64,000 nucleotides of DNA. Origin: Sedimentisphaerales bacterium. GTDB taxonomy: Bacteria > Planctomycetota > Phycisphaerae > Sedimentisphaerales > SM23-30. The stretch lies in the NCBI GenBank assembly GCA_963663805.2, contig CAXXMR010000015.1, positions 105,934 to 169,933 on the forward strand. Direction: 5' to 3'. Position numbers and translations under genes: made by a program. The notes beneath the pieces are model-generated. The model did no database searches, had not been told where the DNA came from, and saw only the letters and a list, made by a program, of their open reading frames with translations. Each line of letters begins with the position of its first letter. The stretch's first letter is position 1. Of this stretch, positions 10,861 through 22,539 are shown piece after piece.

Positions 10861-11880
10861 TCACTTTTTTACATAATCTTCATACGAAATATGTGCCCAA
10901 TTTAAATATGGCCCATAACAACCACTGGGGCGAGAATAGTATGTATATTCCATTGTCTCCAAATTAACAACAAATACTGAACTACCAAAACTAGGTTTTC
11001 TTCTAACTTTCATTACTTGTTCATAATTTTCTGGGAATTCATGTGGAAACGCTAAATACTTTTGATCGGATGAAATCGAGGGGGGGCCACAAATAAAATT
11101 ATTTTTGAAAATAAATTTTTTCTTTTTCGTCTCGGTATCATAGACAAAGATATAACCCTCGTCTTTTAGAATAATAATTTTGCTTTTTTCCCAATATAAA
11201 ACAGAGGAATACTGGCCAGAGACTAATAATTCCATAGCATTTTTGTCAATATTATATTTCATTATGCCTTCGGTGCAGACAAACACTATTTCCTGATCTG
11301 ACAACCAAGTCGGTTTGGATCGTGAACTCAGCATATCTCCCAAAACACTCTTCTTGCTTCCATTTTTAAGATCAAGTACGTTGACAGCAATCTGATCTTC
11401 GGAAATATGTTCTGTATATGCGATAATATTTTCACTGGGTGACAATGAAAATGTATATATTTCATCCTCGGACACAAATATATTATCTTCACAATGATTA
11501 TATTTTCCAATATAAGAAGCGAGGGCATTGAGGGTTACATTATCATATTTTATCGCACAGTAATAGAGTTTTTTGTCGCTTGAAAAAGCAGCTGACCAAA
11601 AAACTTTTTCCGCGCTTTCATATAGCACTTTTTCTTGGTGCAACTTTGGCCAATTTAAAATTAAACTGTTAGCCTTTTCATAAGCCGTCCCAAACAATAG
11701 GGCGTAACCTTCTGGAATATTAAATTTGTCAGGTTCAACGTATTGAATATTGGAGGTAGTTAAGTATTTTACCCTTATAGGCATTGAAAACTCTGGAATC
11801 AGCCACAATACAAATAAGATTAAAAATAGAACCAATACCAACGAAGAATAGGATATAATTTTACCGTAACTCATAATCAA
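10861..11880 (-). CDS. TolB-like beta-propeller, putative immunity protein (paralog 3)
   Basis: Directly follows RHS tip 11903-13240; paralogous to the other two. Confidence 0.65.
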   Translation of the reverse strand: MIMSYGKIISYSSLVLVLFLILFVLWLIPEFSMPIRVKYLTTSNIQYVEPDKFNIPEGYALLFGTAYEKANSLILNWPKLHQEKVLYESAEKVFWSAAFSSDKKLYYCAIKYDNVTLNALASYIGKYNHCEDNIFVSEDEIYTFSLSPSENIIAYTEHISEDQIAVNVLDLKNGSKKSVLGDMLSSRSKPTWLSDQEIVFVCTEGIMKYNIDKNAMELLVSGQYSSVLYWEKSKIIILKDEGYIFVYDTETKKKKFIFKNNFICGPPSISSDQKYLAFPHEFPENYEQVMKVRRKPSFGSSVFVVNLETMEYTYYSRPSGCYGPYLNWAHISYEDYVKK

Positions 11881-11902
11881 ATCTTAAACATTAAAAACAA
11901 TA

Positions 11903-13330
11903 TTAAAATACTAAGGGGCCATTCTCCGCAGTGTCTAAAAAATCAGCCCAAAGATCGTAGAGAAGATTAAAGGACCTTTTTTTTAAGCAACAACTACGAG
12001 TAACTTCTTGAGTCCATCCCCAGCAATAATAACCCCCATATTCTCGCTCCTCATTTTTTGCAAAATGATTAATGCAGGCAATTATATCATAACAAGTCGC
12101 ACATTTACACTCTTTTGGTTTAGGATATTTAAGCATGCCATACTTTTTCTTAATAAGTGGGTAAGCATTTAAAGTGTCCGCGTATTTTTTGTTTTTCTTT
12201 CTGCGTTCAATACTTTCATCATCTGACCGAGGTAGGGGTACCCCACGAAAACCCCAAGTTACATCTGAGCCGCATTCTATCCACGAATGCGGATAATCCT
12301 TATGTTTTAATAAATCGCTAGCGGGCTCTATAAATAGATAGCATCCACAAGCGCCACCACCGTCAGTGCCAGGAGGCTGAGGAAATAGAATGTTGCCAAT
12401 TGAAGCTTCAAGTCCAAGAGAATCAGAAAGAATGGTCGGCCTCCCTACTACATATGCATACAAAGATATATCAGCAGCATACTGAATTTTAGGCATAAAA
12501 GACCTCACATTTGGGGCTCCGCTCTTGTCATAAGATGCCAAGGCCAAGCCATCTTGGACACCTTGTGGATCTCTGGTCAAAAACCTCCCGGTTTCGGTAT
12601 CGTAGTATCTGTTTTTGTAGTACATTAATGAGAGGTTGCCACCGTCAAGGTCATCTTGTCGCTGGCCGGTGAAGGATATGCTAAAGAAGCTTGTCGTTGC
12701 GAGGGGGTTAAAACCGGAGTCGAGACTTATGCGTTCGCCATAGGCCGTATATTCAAATCGCTCGCCAATATCGCCGGCGGTATTCAGCCAGGCAGCTGGC
12801 GAATAGAGATGGTCGTGCACAAAGTAGAACGGATAATCGATCTCGCCCAGCCTCAGAATCATGACACATGCTTCATCGAGATAATTACCGTAAATATATT
12901 CAGGGTCAAAAGGTGCCGCAGAGCGTTCTTCACACAAAACTCGCCAGCCATCGTAGTAAAATGTGTATGTACCATAGGTATTGCCGGTAGATTCTACCCG
13001 TCTGCCCAGGGCATCATAAGCAAAGGCGGCAACGGTGATACTGCCGGAATCTTTTGTAATCGCGGTCAGGCGGTTTTCATAATCATACTCGTAGGCATAG
13101 CCGCGATGGTCGGCGGTAAAGTTACCAGCATCGTCGTGGCTGACGGATGCTCCTCCTATGGCAGTGTATTCATTAACCTCGTTTGAGCTGTACACAGTAT
13201 CGGTTCCAACTTCAAGGTCGCGGGTAATGCGATTACCCAAGGTGTCGTATACGAAATTTTCATCAACTAAAGGACTTACAACAACATTAGTATAATCAGC
13301 ACCGGTAACCCGGTCAAGGGTGTCGTAGGA
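11903..13330 (-). pseudogene. Orphan RHS core + Cys-rich C-terminal toxin tip
   Basis: YDYENRL, YDALGRR, HDHLYSP, FTGQR, YYKNRYYDTETGRFLTRDP; homology begins at the junction motif ~13330. Confidence 0.85.
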
Positions 13331-13960
13331 ATGATTAAAAATGTACCGTACGTCTTAAATTCTCCCGGCGGAAGGACTGCGCATCCAGCGAGATGTTTCA
13401 GCTGGCAGCATAACCATTACGCAGCCAGCGGAAGGACTGCGCACCCAGCAAAATGTTTACGCTCGCAGCAGTGGAGCTGCGCTGGCAGCGGCAGACCTGC
13501 GCACGCAGCAGAAGAGCTACGCACTCTGCGCAGGGGCTGCGATCTCTGCGGCAAGTTTACGCACGCAGCGGAGAAGCTACGCACGGTGCGGGAAAGCTGC
13601 GCTCGCAGCGGAGGGCCTGCGCAGCCGGCGGAATGTCTGCGCTCGCAGCGGAGGAGCTGCGCTGCCAGCGGAAGGGCTACGCTCGCAGCGTAAGAGCTGC
13701 GCACTCAGCGCAGGAGCAAAGTAAATTGGAGTTATCGGTCGGCAGGGCGATATCAGTATCTTGCAAGCTGATTTTATGAGACTTTCCTCTGAATAACTGT
13801 TTTTGACATTCGACTTGCACTTATAAGACTTTGCTCTACACAAAAATCTGATGATTTTCCGTTCAGCGTTTTTCCATAACGCTGAATCTGGACTCATATG
13901 AACTTGAAAAAGAGCAAGATTTTCAATTCTCAACCGCTCAAAAGCGGTATCACGCTTGCT
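13313..13960. repeat. About 650-bp repeat, copy 1, containing a 20-nt-period GC-rich tandem array
   Basis: Near-identical to 21490-22140 (offset 8177). Confidence 0.95.
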
Positions 13961-13978
13961 TGACAAGTACAACTACAC

Positions 13979-14704
13979 CTAATCGCTTATTTTGCCATTA
14001 CGCGTGCCATGCAACTCAAGTAATTCAGTCATTTCTTGAGATCCTCCGTCTTTAGCAATATCTAGAGGCGTTTGACCTGAATCCTTATAATTGCTTCTAA
14101 TAGGAAGATTAACATCAGCACCTGCATCTAGTAAATAAGATACTGTCTGACAATAATCTAAATCTGCCGCTAAATGGATGGCGGCATATCCATTATGATT
14201 ATATTTGTTAACATTTGCTCCACACTCAACTAAAGCCCGTACAACATTAGTTACAATACGCTCACGATCATTAGGTTTTGATTTGTCGTAAACATAATAT
14301 GGACACAAAACCGCTGCAGTCAAAAGATTTGCTCCTTGGCTTAAATCTGTTTCTGCATTCGCATCATATCCAAGGCCGCAAAGCCAGTGGATTTGATCGA
14401 TATCAGCTTTTTTAACCGCAATTTCAAGAGCCGAATCGATATAACTCGAGATCAAATGAATTGAAAATAAACAAGAGACAAGCCCCGCTATTGCTGAAAT
14501 TCTATAAAAAACAAATAAAAACTTCTTTTTGATAGAATAAAAAACAATAGCGACACATCCAAGTGTACTTACTGCTGAAAGAACAGTGCTAATACTGGGT
14601 TGCCCTATAAATGCTGCACCTAATGAGAAAACAACAAGAATTACCATTACGAAATTAAGATTCGATATTAGCTTATGTCCAACCTGTGTCTTAGTTGTTT
14701 TCAT
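13979..14704 (-). CDS. Membrane-anchored ankyrin-repeat protein, putative immunity
   Basis: Three TM segments; GANVN..GYAAIHLAA..LLDAGADVN..GQTPLDIA. Confidence 0.8.
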   Translation of the reverse strand: MKTTKTQVGHKLISNLNFVMVILVVFSLGAAFIGQPSISTVLSAVSTLGCVAIVFYSIKKKFLFVFYRISAIAGLVSCLFSIHLISSYIDSALEIAVKKADIDQIHWLCGLGYDANAETDLSQGANLLTAAVLCPYYVYDKSKPNDRERIVTNVVRALVECGANVNKYNHNGYAAIHLAADLDYCQTVSYLLDAGADVNLPIRSNYKDSGQTPLDIAKDGGSQEMTELLELHGTRNGKISD

Positions 14705-14707
14705 GTA

Positions 14708-16385
14708 TTAATCCCACCAACTCCACAATGCTTTCCACCGATAGGTTAGTGGACTTGTCCTAGAAGACAAACACGGTTTACATATCCATAAATTGTCCTG
14801 ACAACTAACGCCAGAGGAGTTCCCTCGAACTCCTGCTCGGGCCCAAGCCGCCTTACATTTAGCATCACCTGAAACAAGAATTGGCCACAGGAGACCCCTT
14901 TCAACATCATGTTCGGGAGTACTGCTACATAAAGAGTGCATAATTCCATACATATAATAGTTGACTGCATGAGAGCTACGGCACCTTCCATGCACCATAA
15001 CCGTCTCCTGGCATGCACCAGTAGCACAACCTTGTCCTTTACGACCTAAAAGAAGGTCTGGGTCATGAAGTTGCTCAACATCCCAGCTGTTAGTACCATA
15101 TCTTCCTGTGCACTTAGCAAGTTTTTTGGCTCGAGACAAAGAATTGAAATCCTTAATCATTTTTTCTCGTAGCTGGTCCAAAAGTAAAGTTACATCTGGC
15201 CCGCAAGTTCCACAGCCAAAAGAAATTGACAGGCCTAATGAATCTATGTAGACAGTTGGCCGTGAGTTAGCATAGGAATACAATGACATGTAATCATCAT
15301 ATTGTCTATTTGGTTTGAATTCTTCCTTTTCGGGCGAAAGGGCGTCTTTGAATCTTATTAAGGCTAAACCATCCTGAACACCTTGTGGATCTCTGGTCAA
15401 AAACCTCCCGGTTTCGGTATCGTAGTATCTGTTTTTGTAGTACATTAGTGAGAGGTTGACCTGGCTTAGTACGTCTATGTCGAGGTCGTCTTGTCTTTGG
15501 CCGGTGAAGCTGATTGGGTTGGAGGTATATGAGACTGAGCCGTAGCCGGCGGTCAAACATTTTCTTTGGCCGTAGGCATTATATTCGTAACGCTGCACTA
15601 CACTGCCGCCGTCAAATAACCAGGCAACGGGGGAGTACAGATGGTCGTGGGCAAAATAAGTGGGGTAGTCTGTCCCTTGATATTTGCTAACCAGCATGCA
15701 TACTTCATCGAGGTAATTGCCGTAGACGTATTCGTAGGTAACATCATTTTCGCCGTTGCGTTCTTCGCTGAGTACCCGCCAGCCGTCATAGTAGAATGTG
15801 TATGTGCCCATAAGATTGCCGGTCGATTCGATGCGTCGGCCCAGGGCGTCGTAGGCGTAGGCGGCGATTGGAACTGTGTTTTGGCCCGAAGTTGTCTCGA
15901 TGGCGGTCAGGCGGTTTTCGTAGTCGTAGTGGTAAATATAAGGGTTGCCCTGACTGCTGATGCGGTGGTCCTGCGTCAGATTTCCGGCGGTGTTGTACGA
16001 AACATTCGTGCCGCCGATGGAGGTATATTCGTTTACGTTGTTAGCTGCGTACACAGTGTCGGTTCCAAATACCAAGTCATGCGTTACACGATTACCCAAA
16101 GTATCGTAAACAAAGTTTTCGTCCAGATGCGATACTGTACCATAATCGGAGCCGGTTACCCTGTCAAGGGTGTCGTAGGAATATACATTAGCGAGGCCGG
16201 CACGGTGATTGAACTGTTTGGAGATGATATTGCTGTCGGCATCGTAGGTATAGCCAAAATTGACAATATCGCCGCCAGCATTGGCGGTCACATAGGAGCT
16301 GAGTCGGCCAAAATCGTCATAAGTACGTGTTGCAGTGGCAGTTATCTGGTCATAGGTTCGCTGGGCGACCAGTGAGCCGTTATAG
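14708..16385 (-). pseudogene. Orphan RHS core + Cys-rich tip
   Basis: RHS motifs from DYNGSLVAQR on; tip CGPDVT...HAVNYYMYG. Confidence 0.85.
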
Positions 16386-16565
16386 TCATCGACGCTTATA
16401 AACAAAGAAAATCTTAAAACCAAGACTAAGTCCAAGCCAGATCCAGCTTACTATACTATGTAACACAACATAATTTGAATCACTATCTAGACCAAATATA
16501 AAAAAGTACCCAAGGCCTATTATCAAAAATATATCGCACAATCTCTCAAAAAAAAATGTTTTCAT
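16386..16565 (-). CDS. Small 2-TM protein, putative immunity
   Basis: ATGA overlap with the upstream RHS stop; hydrophobic. Confidence 0.5.
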   Translation of the reverse strand: MKTFFFERLCDIFLIIGLGYFFIFGLDSDSNYVVLHSIVSWIWLGLSLGFKIFFVYKRR

Positions 16566-17850
16566 GGAAACCTTTTGCAACAACACTCGCAACTTTGCCT
16601 AAACCAACGTGTAATCCATCCCACGCCAGCGAGCCATGTTTCAGGACCAGCACAATCGAGCCCTACCTGATTTGCCACCATATCTGCTAGTGAATCAATA
16701 GCTGCATCGCGCATATTTTTATCCTGTATTCCTGCTGCAATCAAATCTCTAGTCTCCTTCGTTAGACCTCCTAATAGGGAAATAACTTTACCACAGTCCC
16801 TTGCTATCATGCAGCTAACCCAACAATGTCTAAACTTGTCACTTCTGTCCCCATATTTGATATGTGCCGCGGTAAAATAGGGCATTCCGCACCTGAGGAT
16901 CGTAAATATAGCAGTCATACCTTCAGTACTTTCGCCATATGTATCAAAATAAAGAATTGAATTCGAATTGGCATATTCATAAAGGGACATACCATCGTTA
17001 TACATTTTTTGTACTGAAAAGCTCTTGCGTACAGGAAGGCCTATTGCCAAAAACCGTACTGAAGCCAAACCGTCATTTACCCCAATCGGATCCCTGGTCA
17101 AAAATCTCCCGGTTTCGGTATCGTAGTATCTGTTTTTGTAGTACATTAATTTGAGATCGCGATCGGCGAAGGTGTCTTGTCGCTGACCGGTAAAGGCTAT
17201 TTCGCAAAATGTAGTATTATTTCCAGTGTAACCATAAGCGGAGTATTCACGGCTTTCGTAGACATCTCCGTTCTGATCCAATATTGCTACTGGTGAATAC
17301 AGATGGTCGTGGACCAGATAGAATGGATTGTCGGTAGCGCCAGCATAAATTTGCATACATACTTCATCGAGGTAGTTGCCGTATACGTATTCAATATTGT
17401 GAGTGTCTCGTTCATGTCGAAGTACCCGCCAGCTGTCGTAATAGTAGTGGTGGGTGGTGCCGGACATATACTCTTCAGTTTTTTCCACCCGGCGTCCCAA
17501 GGCGTCGTAGGCGAATTTTGCAATGGCAATAGTAATCTGATTTTCACCTATGGTAAAGGTGGTATCAATGGCGGTCAGGCGATTTTCGTAGTCGTAGTGA
17601 TAATTGTACGCTGTGCCGCTAGGGTCGCCGCTACGATGGTCGGCAGACAGATTGCCGGCAGCATCATAAGAGACGGCCGTCCCGCCGATGCTGGTATATT
17701 CGTTGACAATGTTGGGTGCGTACACAGTGTCAGCCCCGTCATTATGGGTTATGCGGTTACCTAAAGTGTCGTAAACGAAAGTTTCGTCCGTAAAGGCGCT
17801 GGAACTATGATAATCGGAGCCGGTGACGCGGTCAAGGGTGTCGTAGGAAT
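16562..17850 (-). pseudogene. Orphan RHS core + tip (DKFRHCWVSC...D..ANQVG type)
   Basis: RHS core motifs; tip with HC..SC motif; starts at the junction motif. Confidence 0.85.
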
Positions 17851-17895
17851 GATTAAAAATGTACCGTACACCTTAAATTCTCCCCTTAAATTCTC

Positions 17896-18357
17896 CTACG
17901 TTCGGTTGACAAGTACAGACCGGTTTTTGCCTATTATGGCCTTCCCTATGAATATTTGCGAAAAGACAGCTATCACTTCAAGTGCAACTAAAAAAAGAAA
18001 TGATTCAGATGACATATCAGCAACTATTACATATAACTTATTAACTTTTACTAGTAAAATAAACCTCCAAATAGAACAACAAATAACTGCTACAAGATAA
18101 TGCAGAAAAATAAGCCCGTATTTCCTCCCAACGATAACTGCGAGTAGAGCAGAAAATAAAGGAGGAAATATTGCTATAATCACAATATTAAAATAAGGTC
18201 TACAATATATAAGTACCAAGTCAAAAAAATCTACCTCTAACAAAAGATATCCGCCAACTTTTTCGGTTAAAAAAAGAAAAACGATGCTTAAGCAAATACA
18301 CAATATATGGCCTAGCATTATTGTTTTATAATTTTGTTTATCACACAAGCTTCTCAT
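17896..18357 (-). CDS. 4-TM membrane protein, putative immunity
   Basis: Follows tip 18393-19433; ends ...VLVNRT* inside a repeated motif. Confidence 0.55.
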   Translation of the reverse strand: MRSLCDKQNYKTIMLGHILCICLSIVFLFLTEKVGGYLLLEVDFFDLVLIYCRPYFNIVIIAIFPPLFSALLAVIVGRKYGLIFLHYLVAVICCSIWRFILLVKVNKLYVIVADMSSESFLFLVALEVIAVFSQIFIGKAIIGKNRSVLVNRT

Positions 18358-18392
18358 CGTCCCACTGCCTTCCCTGTACCTAAATGGCCAAA

Positions 18393-19525
18393 TTATTCTA
18401 TTCTAGCGATATACGCATTATAAGGCGACTTGTAGCACGCTGCCAAACATGCTTGTACAACGTGTACCTTAGATATCCACCAAATGGCAGATCCCTTTAT
18501 GCTAGAAGCGGCATCTTTTTCTGCATGGGCCACTAAGTAGCGACAACAAGCTTGGCAAGTGCAGGTATTGTTTTGATCATAGCAAGTATAAACTATAATA
18601 GCATTTATTTTTTTTGTACCTGGTTTCAAAGTTGTCTTGCCGCAACGTTCTGTATGACATGCAGTTTTTGTTCCATAGGGATCTACGAAATAGAGAGGAT
18701 TGCTCCGAACATATTCGTAGAAATTCATAGTATCTTCGTAACCTTGTGGATCTCTCGTCAAAAATCTTCCGGTTTCGGTATCGTAGTATCTGTTTTTGTA
18801 GTACATTAGTGAGAGGTTGCCACCGTCAAGGTCGTCTTGTCGTTGGCCGGTGAAGCTTATGTGGTTAAACGAATAGGCAGCATCGGTATAATCTGCGTTC
18901 ATGATTTTTCGCTGGCCGTAGGCGTTGTATTCGTAGCGGTGGATAATTCCGCTGGTGCTATAGAGCCAGGCGACTGTGGAGTATAGGTGGTCGTGGACGA
19001 AGTAGTATGAATATGCTTGAACAGCATCATTTAATCTGAGGTTCATCATGCATACTTCATCAAGATAGTTGCCGTAGACGTATTCGTTATTGAAAGTCAG
19101 AGTCGGTGAAGCAACACGTTCTTCACGCAAAACTCGCCAGCCATCGTAGTAAAATGTGTATGTGCCATAGGTATTACCGGTTGATTCTACTCGTCTGCCC
19201 AGGGCATCGTAAGTGAAGGTGGCAACGGTGGTACTGCCCGAATCTTTTGTAATCGCGGTCAGGCGGTTTTCATAGTCATACTCGTAGGCATAGCCGCGAT
19301 GGTCGGCGGTAAAGTTACCAGCATCGTCGTGGCTGACGAATGATCCTCCTATGGCAGTGTATTCATTAACCTCGTTTGAGCTGTACACAGTATCGGTTCC
19401 AACTTCAAGGTCGTGGGTAATGCGATTACCCAAGGTGTCGTATACGAAATTTTCATCAACTAAAGGACTTACAACAACATCAGTATAATCAGCACCGGTG
19501 ACGCGGTCAAGGGTGTCGTAGGAAT
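18393..19525 (-). pseudogene. Orphan RHS core + short Cys-rich tip
   Basis: DPQGYEDTMNFYEYVRSNPLYFVDPYG cleavage-region motif. Confidence 0.85.
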
Positions 19526-19635
19526 GATGAAAAATGTGCCGGGGACATTAAATTTCTCCCCGGGGACATTAAATTCTCCCCATATTAACTTGAAAAAGAG
19601 CAAAATTTTCAATTCTCAACCGCTCAAAAACGGTA

Positions 19636-20121
19636 TCACGTTCGGTTGACAACTACATGTGTTTCTTTCAAATGTTTACCAATTTTAGTGGCTAGCACAA
19701 CAATAATTAAACAAAACCCAACGCCTACTAATGGGTTGTTAAAAAGAGTACTCGCTCTATTAGTGGTGTCTTGTATTATAATTTCAGTCGAACTAATACA
19801 ATCGCTATCCGGTAAAACATTATACTCTCTTCTTGTAACAACCGTATCTGATCTATTAAAATAATCAAGTAAGAAAAGTCCTGTACCAAAAAAAGCATGT
19901 ATTAAAACAACTAGACTTGATTGCCACCAACAAAACTTTGAACAGTAACCAGCTATGAATCCTACAACTGCTACCGCAAATAGATTCATAATCAAAAGAG
20001 TTAAATCAAATTGTTTAGGATATTCCATATCTACCACAAAAATGATACAGATTCTCAATAGCATCGACAACAAAATGAAAAATAGTCCATATATCAAGAT
20101 CAGAACAATTTGTTTTAACAT
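19636..20121 (-). CDS. Multi-TM membrane protein, putative immunity
   Basis: Follows tip 20146-21486; ends ...VVVNRT* inside a repeated motif. Confidence 0.55.
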   Translation of the reverse strand: MLKQIVLILIYGLFFILLSMLLRICIIFVVDMEYPKQFDLTLLIMNLFAVAVVGFIAGYCSKFCWWQSSLVVLIHAFFGTGLFLLDYFNRSDTVVTRREYNVLPDSDCISSTEIIIQDTTNRASTLFNNPLVGVGFCLIIVVLATKIGKHLKETHVVVNRT

Positions 20122-20145
20122 AGCAGTACACCTCTTCGAAAAAAG

Positions 20146-21508
20146 TCAATATGGATAATAATCGCGAAATTTCTCCTTCAGCCTTTCGCCTATGCTATAG
20201 CTTTTTCCCTGAATAACATAAGTAAGCCACTCGGTGATTATTTCTTTGTTAACGACATACTCCTTATCGAATTCCTTTAGCGTTGCCTTACCTTCAACGT
20301 TAATCTCTTTGGCACGAGCTGGAGTTATACAAGCTAGGTATTTCTCAAGCTCTTCTTCGTGTTTTTCAAATTTACCTTCTAGGTCGCCGGTAACGTGAAC
20401 TTTTATTTGATTATCAGAATGGGTCAAAAAAATCCTTGTTCGAGCATGAGCAATCGCTCTTATTGTGGTCCACAGCTTAGCGGTGCCCCATTTCTTATGT
20501 GGATGGATCCAGTAGTATTTTCTAGGGGAACGGCAAATACAACCATAGGGATCCCAAAAGGGATTAGATGCACGATTAGCCTTATTCCATATTACAGGTC
20601 CAGCCATAGTTCCATCGAAAAGATCTATTTGCCAAGATTTATCGAATACTTTTATCCATATCCATAACCCATAGGGGTCTGTATTAGCTATAGGTTCGTT
20701 ACCAGTATAATTATACAAACCCATTCCATCGACATACCCAATCGGGTCTCTGGTCAAAAATCTGCCGGTTTCGGTATCGTAGTATCTGTTCTTGTAGTAC
20801 ATTAGTGAGAGGTTTCCACCGTCAAGGTCATCTTGTCGTTGGCCGGTGAAGGATATGTGGTTAAACGAATAGGCAGCATCGGTATAATCTGCGTTCATGA
20901 TTTTTCGCTGGCCGTAGGCGTTGTATTCGTAGCGGTGGATAATTCCGCTGGTGCTATAGAGCCAGGCGACTGTGGAGTATAGGTGGTCGTGGACAAAGTA
21001 GTATGAATATGCTTGAACAGCATCATTTAATCTGAGGTTCATCATGCAAACTTCATCAAGATAGTTGCCATAGACGTATTCGTTATTGAAAGTCAGAGTC
21101 GGTGAAGCAACACGTTCTTCACGCAAAACTCGCCAGCCATCGTAGTAGAATTTGTATGTACCATAGGTATTGCCAGTCGATTCAACCCGCCTGCCCAAAG
21201 AATCATACTCAAACAGCGCCACAGTTGTACTGCCGGAATCTTTCATAATCGCCGTCAGACGGTTTTCGTAGTCATATTCATAAGTGTAGCCGCGATGATC
21301 GCCAGACAGATTACCGGCGGCGTCATACGATACGGCCGTACCGCCGATGCTGGTATATTCGTTGGCAATATTAGCTGCATACACGGTATCAGCCCCGTCA
21401 TTATGGGTTATGCGGTTACCTAAAGTATCATAAACAAAGGTCTCATCAGAACTTTCATGGCTGCTATGATAATCCGAACCGGTCACCCGGTCAAGGGTGT
21501 CTTAGGAT
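20146..21508 (-). pseudogene. Orphan RHS core + tip
   Basis: DPIGYVDGMGLYNYTGNEPIANTDPYGL. Confidence 0.85.
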
Positions 21509-22140
21509 TGATTAAAAATGTACCGTACGTCTTAAATTCTCCCGGCGGAAGGACTGCGCATCCAGCGAGATGTTTCAGCTGGCAGCATAACCATTACGCA
21601 GCCAGCGGAAGGACTGCGCACCCAGCAAAATGTTTACGCTCGCAGCAGTGGAGCTGCGCTGGCAGCGGCAGACCTGCGCACGCAGCAGAAGATCTACGCA
21701 CTCTGCGCAGGGGCTGCGATCTCTGCGGCAAGTTTACGCACGCAGCGGAGAAGCTACGCACGGTGCGGGAAAGCTGCGCTCGCAGCGGAGGGCCTGCGCA
21801 GCCGGCGGAATGTCTGCGCTCGCAGCGGAGGAGCTGCGCTGCCAGCGGAAGGGCTACGCTCGCAGCGTAAGAGCTGCGCACTCAGCGCAGGAGCAAAGTA
21901 AATTGGAGTTATCGGTCGGCAGGGCGATATCAGTATCTTGCAAGCTGATTTTATGAGACTTTCCTCTGAATAACTGTTTTTGACATTCGACTTGCACTTA
22001 TAAGACTTTGCTCTACCACAAAAATCTGATGATTTTCCGTTCAGCGTTTTTCCATAACGCTGAATCTGGACTCATATGAACTTGAAAAAGAGCAAGATTT
22101 TCAAATTTCAGCCGCGTTAAAGCGGTATCACGTTCGGTTG
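21490..22140. repeat. About 650-bp repeat, copy 2
   Basis: Near-identical to 13313-13960. Confidence 0.95.
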
Positions 22141-22191
22141 ACAACTACACCGGGGACATTAAATTCTCCCAACTTAAATTCCTCCCGCAAA

Positions 22192-22386
22192 TTATTCCGA
22201 AGAGCCGTATTTCAATAAAAGATAGCCAAGTAAAGCTAAAAAAAAACCTCCCCAACCTATTTTCCTTGCGAATAGATCGTTTTTTTTGTTTTGTTCTAGA
22301 GAGCTACCACGGACAAAAGTAAGGAAAATTAAGATTGAACCAGCCATGCTACACACAACTCCAACCAAAGCGATTATTATCTTCAT
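22192..22386 (-). CDS. Small 2-TM protein, putative immunity
   Basis: MKIIIALVGVVC...; downstream of RHS 22540-24474. Confidence 0.45.
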   Translation of the reverse strand: MKIIIALVGVVCSMAGSILIFLTFVRGSSLEQNKKNDLFARKIGWGGFFLALLGYLLLKYGSSE

Positions 22387-22539
22387 TTTAGTGGTAATCC
22401 TCAAAAAGTGCCATCTTAATACATCCACACTAAAATAAACATGAACCTTCACAACATAAAATGATTGCTGAGGTTTTTGGCATGTGTTTAGTTTCTGAAT
22501 AAACTAATAATTATAATAACACTATAATATTTTGCAGCT

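Noticed and set aside
13368..13717. CRISPR array
   Set aside because: Contiguous degenerate 20-nt units with no unique spacers and no cas genes in the window
13331..13972. ORFs overlapping the repeat (and copies at 21457-21956)
   Set aside because: Open in several frames on both strands because the repeat is GC-rich; period is not a multiple of 3
10631..22150. Classical integron attC array
   Set aside because: No tyrosine integrase in the window and no clear RYYYAAC...GTTRRRY palindromic sites
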